DNA of 64,000 nt, from contig NW_026862005.1 in the NCBI RefSeq assembly GCF_026571515.1, forward strand, positions 124,001 through 188,000, read 5' to 3'. This DNA comes from Ruditapes philippinarum (lineage: Eukaryota). The notes beneath the pieces were generated by a model. The model was given only the letters and a program-made list of their open reading frames with translations, had not been told where the DNA came from and searched no databases. The translations under genes were made by a program, and so were the position numbers. Below, piece after piece: positions 62,021 to 64,000 of this stretch; the first letter of the stretch is position 1; the number at the start of each line of letters is the position of its first letter.

Positions 62021-64000
62021 CGACGGGGTCTTAGAGGTTATCATACTTATAAAAAATATTATTTGTACGACCAAGTATAAGATTTTGTTTTGCATTTCGT
62101 TAATCAATAAATAGTAGGTATTAGAACGAAAATATTGTATTCAGATGAAGAAAATGTTGGTATTAAGTAAGTGCTAAATGAGTTGGTTCACCAAATATTT
62201 TTCATTTAGATTTTCTTCTTTTACTAAGATATGAAAAAATAAGTGAGATTAAGTAATCTTATTGGTGAATTACATTACAATATGATATTACAGGAGAAAA
62301 GAAATAAGTTAATTAGGATTATATCAACATATTGTCAAATTACTTATTCAGAAACACTTGTCACTATAAAATCACTGTAAATGTATAAAATTAAATCTTT
62401 TCTATTTCAGATTCAACGGCGTTCGTCTCCGTCCTGTCATAAACTACATTTTTAAGAAAATTCACTAAAAACTCTAAAACAAGTTCTGACAATTATTTTG
62501 AGATCATGTGACCTGGAGCTGACAATAATGTACGTGTTCTTAGACGACAATCAACAATATCGACACAGCTATGATCATAGAAGAGCTACACTTTCATCAA
62601 TGCAATATAATTTAAAGAAACTCTATGATGGATAAAACATCTCTTAACGAAATGTACATGTATGTTAAAAGAAGAGCTAAGGGGACAAACATTGACAAGA
62701 CCAAAAATCAAATTAGATTGTGAATGCTTCACAAAAATGTCAATTTAATTATATCGATGTATATTTTTATCTTATTATTATTTAATACCATGTAATCGCT
62801 TTATCTTAAATTATTTATTACTTTTATGGTATATCTGAATTTTGGAATAGTGTGAAGACAACAGTAAAATAAACAAATTGAAAAAAATGCGGTTTTGTCT
62901 TTTTTATGTAAAAGAAATTGATCATGATAATAAACATATACTAGTATATCAGTAACATCATAGTAACGTAAATCTGTTTAATGAAGGTTCATCCTCCATC
63001 AAGTCATCGAGTTCGCATCTCGGGACTGTTATTCTCTTTCAAGGGTTTGATCTTGAAGCATAAATTAGTGAGATGTTACCTCTGTATAATTTTACACAGA
63101 GTGAAAGCCAAATATATTAATTTTAAGCCCATTGTATATCACTGAACAGAAGCTAATTGGAACCTAAACGTACCGTAACCTATAACAATAAAAAAGGAGG
63201 TAAATAGCCCCAATAAGAATTGTTATGAGCTAAATGCCTGCCTTTCAAGGAGTCTTTGTAATAAAGGCTTCCTTCCTAGTCGTGCCTGTCTTTGTAGGAC
63301 ATCTCCCATCGCCTTCAGTCAGAACATTGTCGTTGCAAGGTCTAAAAATCTTCTACCGGTTCCACCGTGTATATCCAGTAACGCAGGAATGTGCAAATAA
63401 CACAGAATGGTGCGAATCAGTGGCTAAAACGAGCACCGCGATAAGAAAATGGACCAATATTTTTTACAGTACAATGAATTAGCGCATATGGCTCTCGAGA
63501 CATTATACTATAAACCTCATCAAAAATATTTTCATGTTAATTTTTCAAGATCATCCGTGAAAATGACGACCTGACTAGCGTATTGATGGCAATTTTTATT
63601 TTCGTTGATATCTTTAAATACAATTACGTACATGTTACTTTATGATTTTTATATGCCTTGTACCTGAGACATTTTCCAGTCTACTCGTGTTATATTACAG
63701 TTAATTTAGCAGATAATTGACGTAATTGTGACCATTTTTACGAGGTAACGCCGAATTCGTGAATGAAGCACTGAAGCAACGCCGGTTATCTCATAAAAAG
63801 TAGCTAAATCTTATTTTACCAGCTTCCTTCTATTGTTATACGCACTTGTAGTTTGACAAATGTCTTAGGTAGATCTATATATAATATGAAAAAATAATGT
63901 TTTAAATGTGTTAAATGTACATATTTATTTGACGAAAACACAAAAGTCACCTTCAAAACGGTAATCAGGTTGTATTTCTCACGAATGATCTAAAGAAGTA

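Noticed and set aside
63234-63482. 82-aa ATG ORF after the neuropeptide gene
   Set aside because: No recognisable domain or splice context

Overview
AT-rich eukaryotic DNA, most likely a bivalve mollusc (inferred from the Helentron-associated, MITE and SINE repeat types and the gene families). Three protein-coding genes could be reconstructed by eye, two of them largely or wholly missed by the ORF track. (1) The 3' part of LRRC72 (+, 7 coding exons, 143-15128), whose introns and 3' flank hold HINE/pearl-like elements with ~165-bp internal repeats, SINE remnants and minisatellites. (2) A convergent gene with an uninterrupted CDS encoding an NHL/beta-propeller protein (-, 20494-21405) that has no RING/B-box and begins with an N-myristoylation-type MGxxxS. 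(3) A 107-aa parathyroid-hormone-like (iPTH/PXXXamide) neuropeptide precursor (+, three coding exons, 57050-62020), with a probable TATA/CCAAT/CRE promoter and non-coding first exon 14 kb upstream. The intergenic region has a 22-bp satellite, an indel-rich ~0.8-kb duplication, LINE remnants and an exactly symmetric 1346-bp fold-back transposon with a 6-bp TSD. CpG density rises sharply at about 19.3 kb. All calls are by manual reading; family names come from recall, not database searches.
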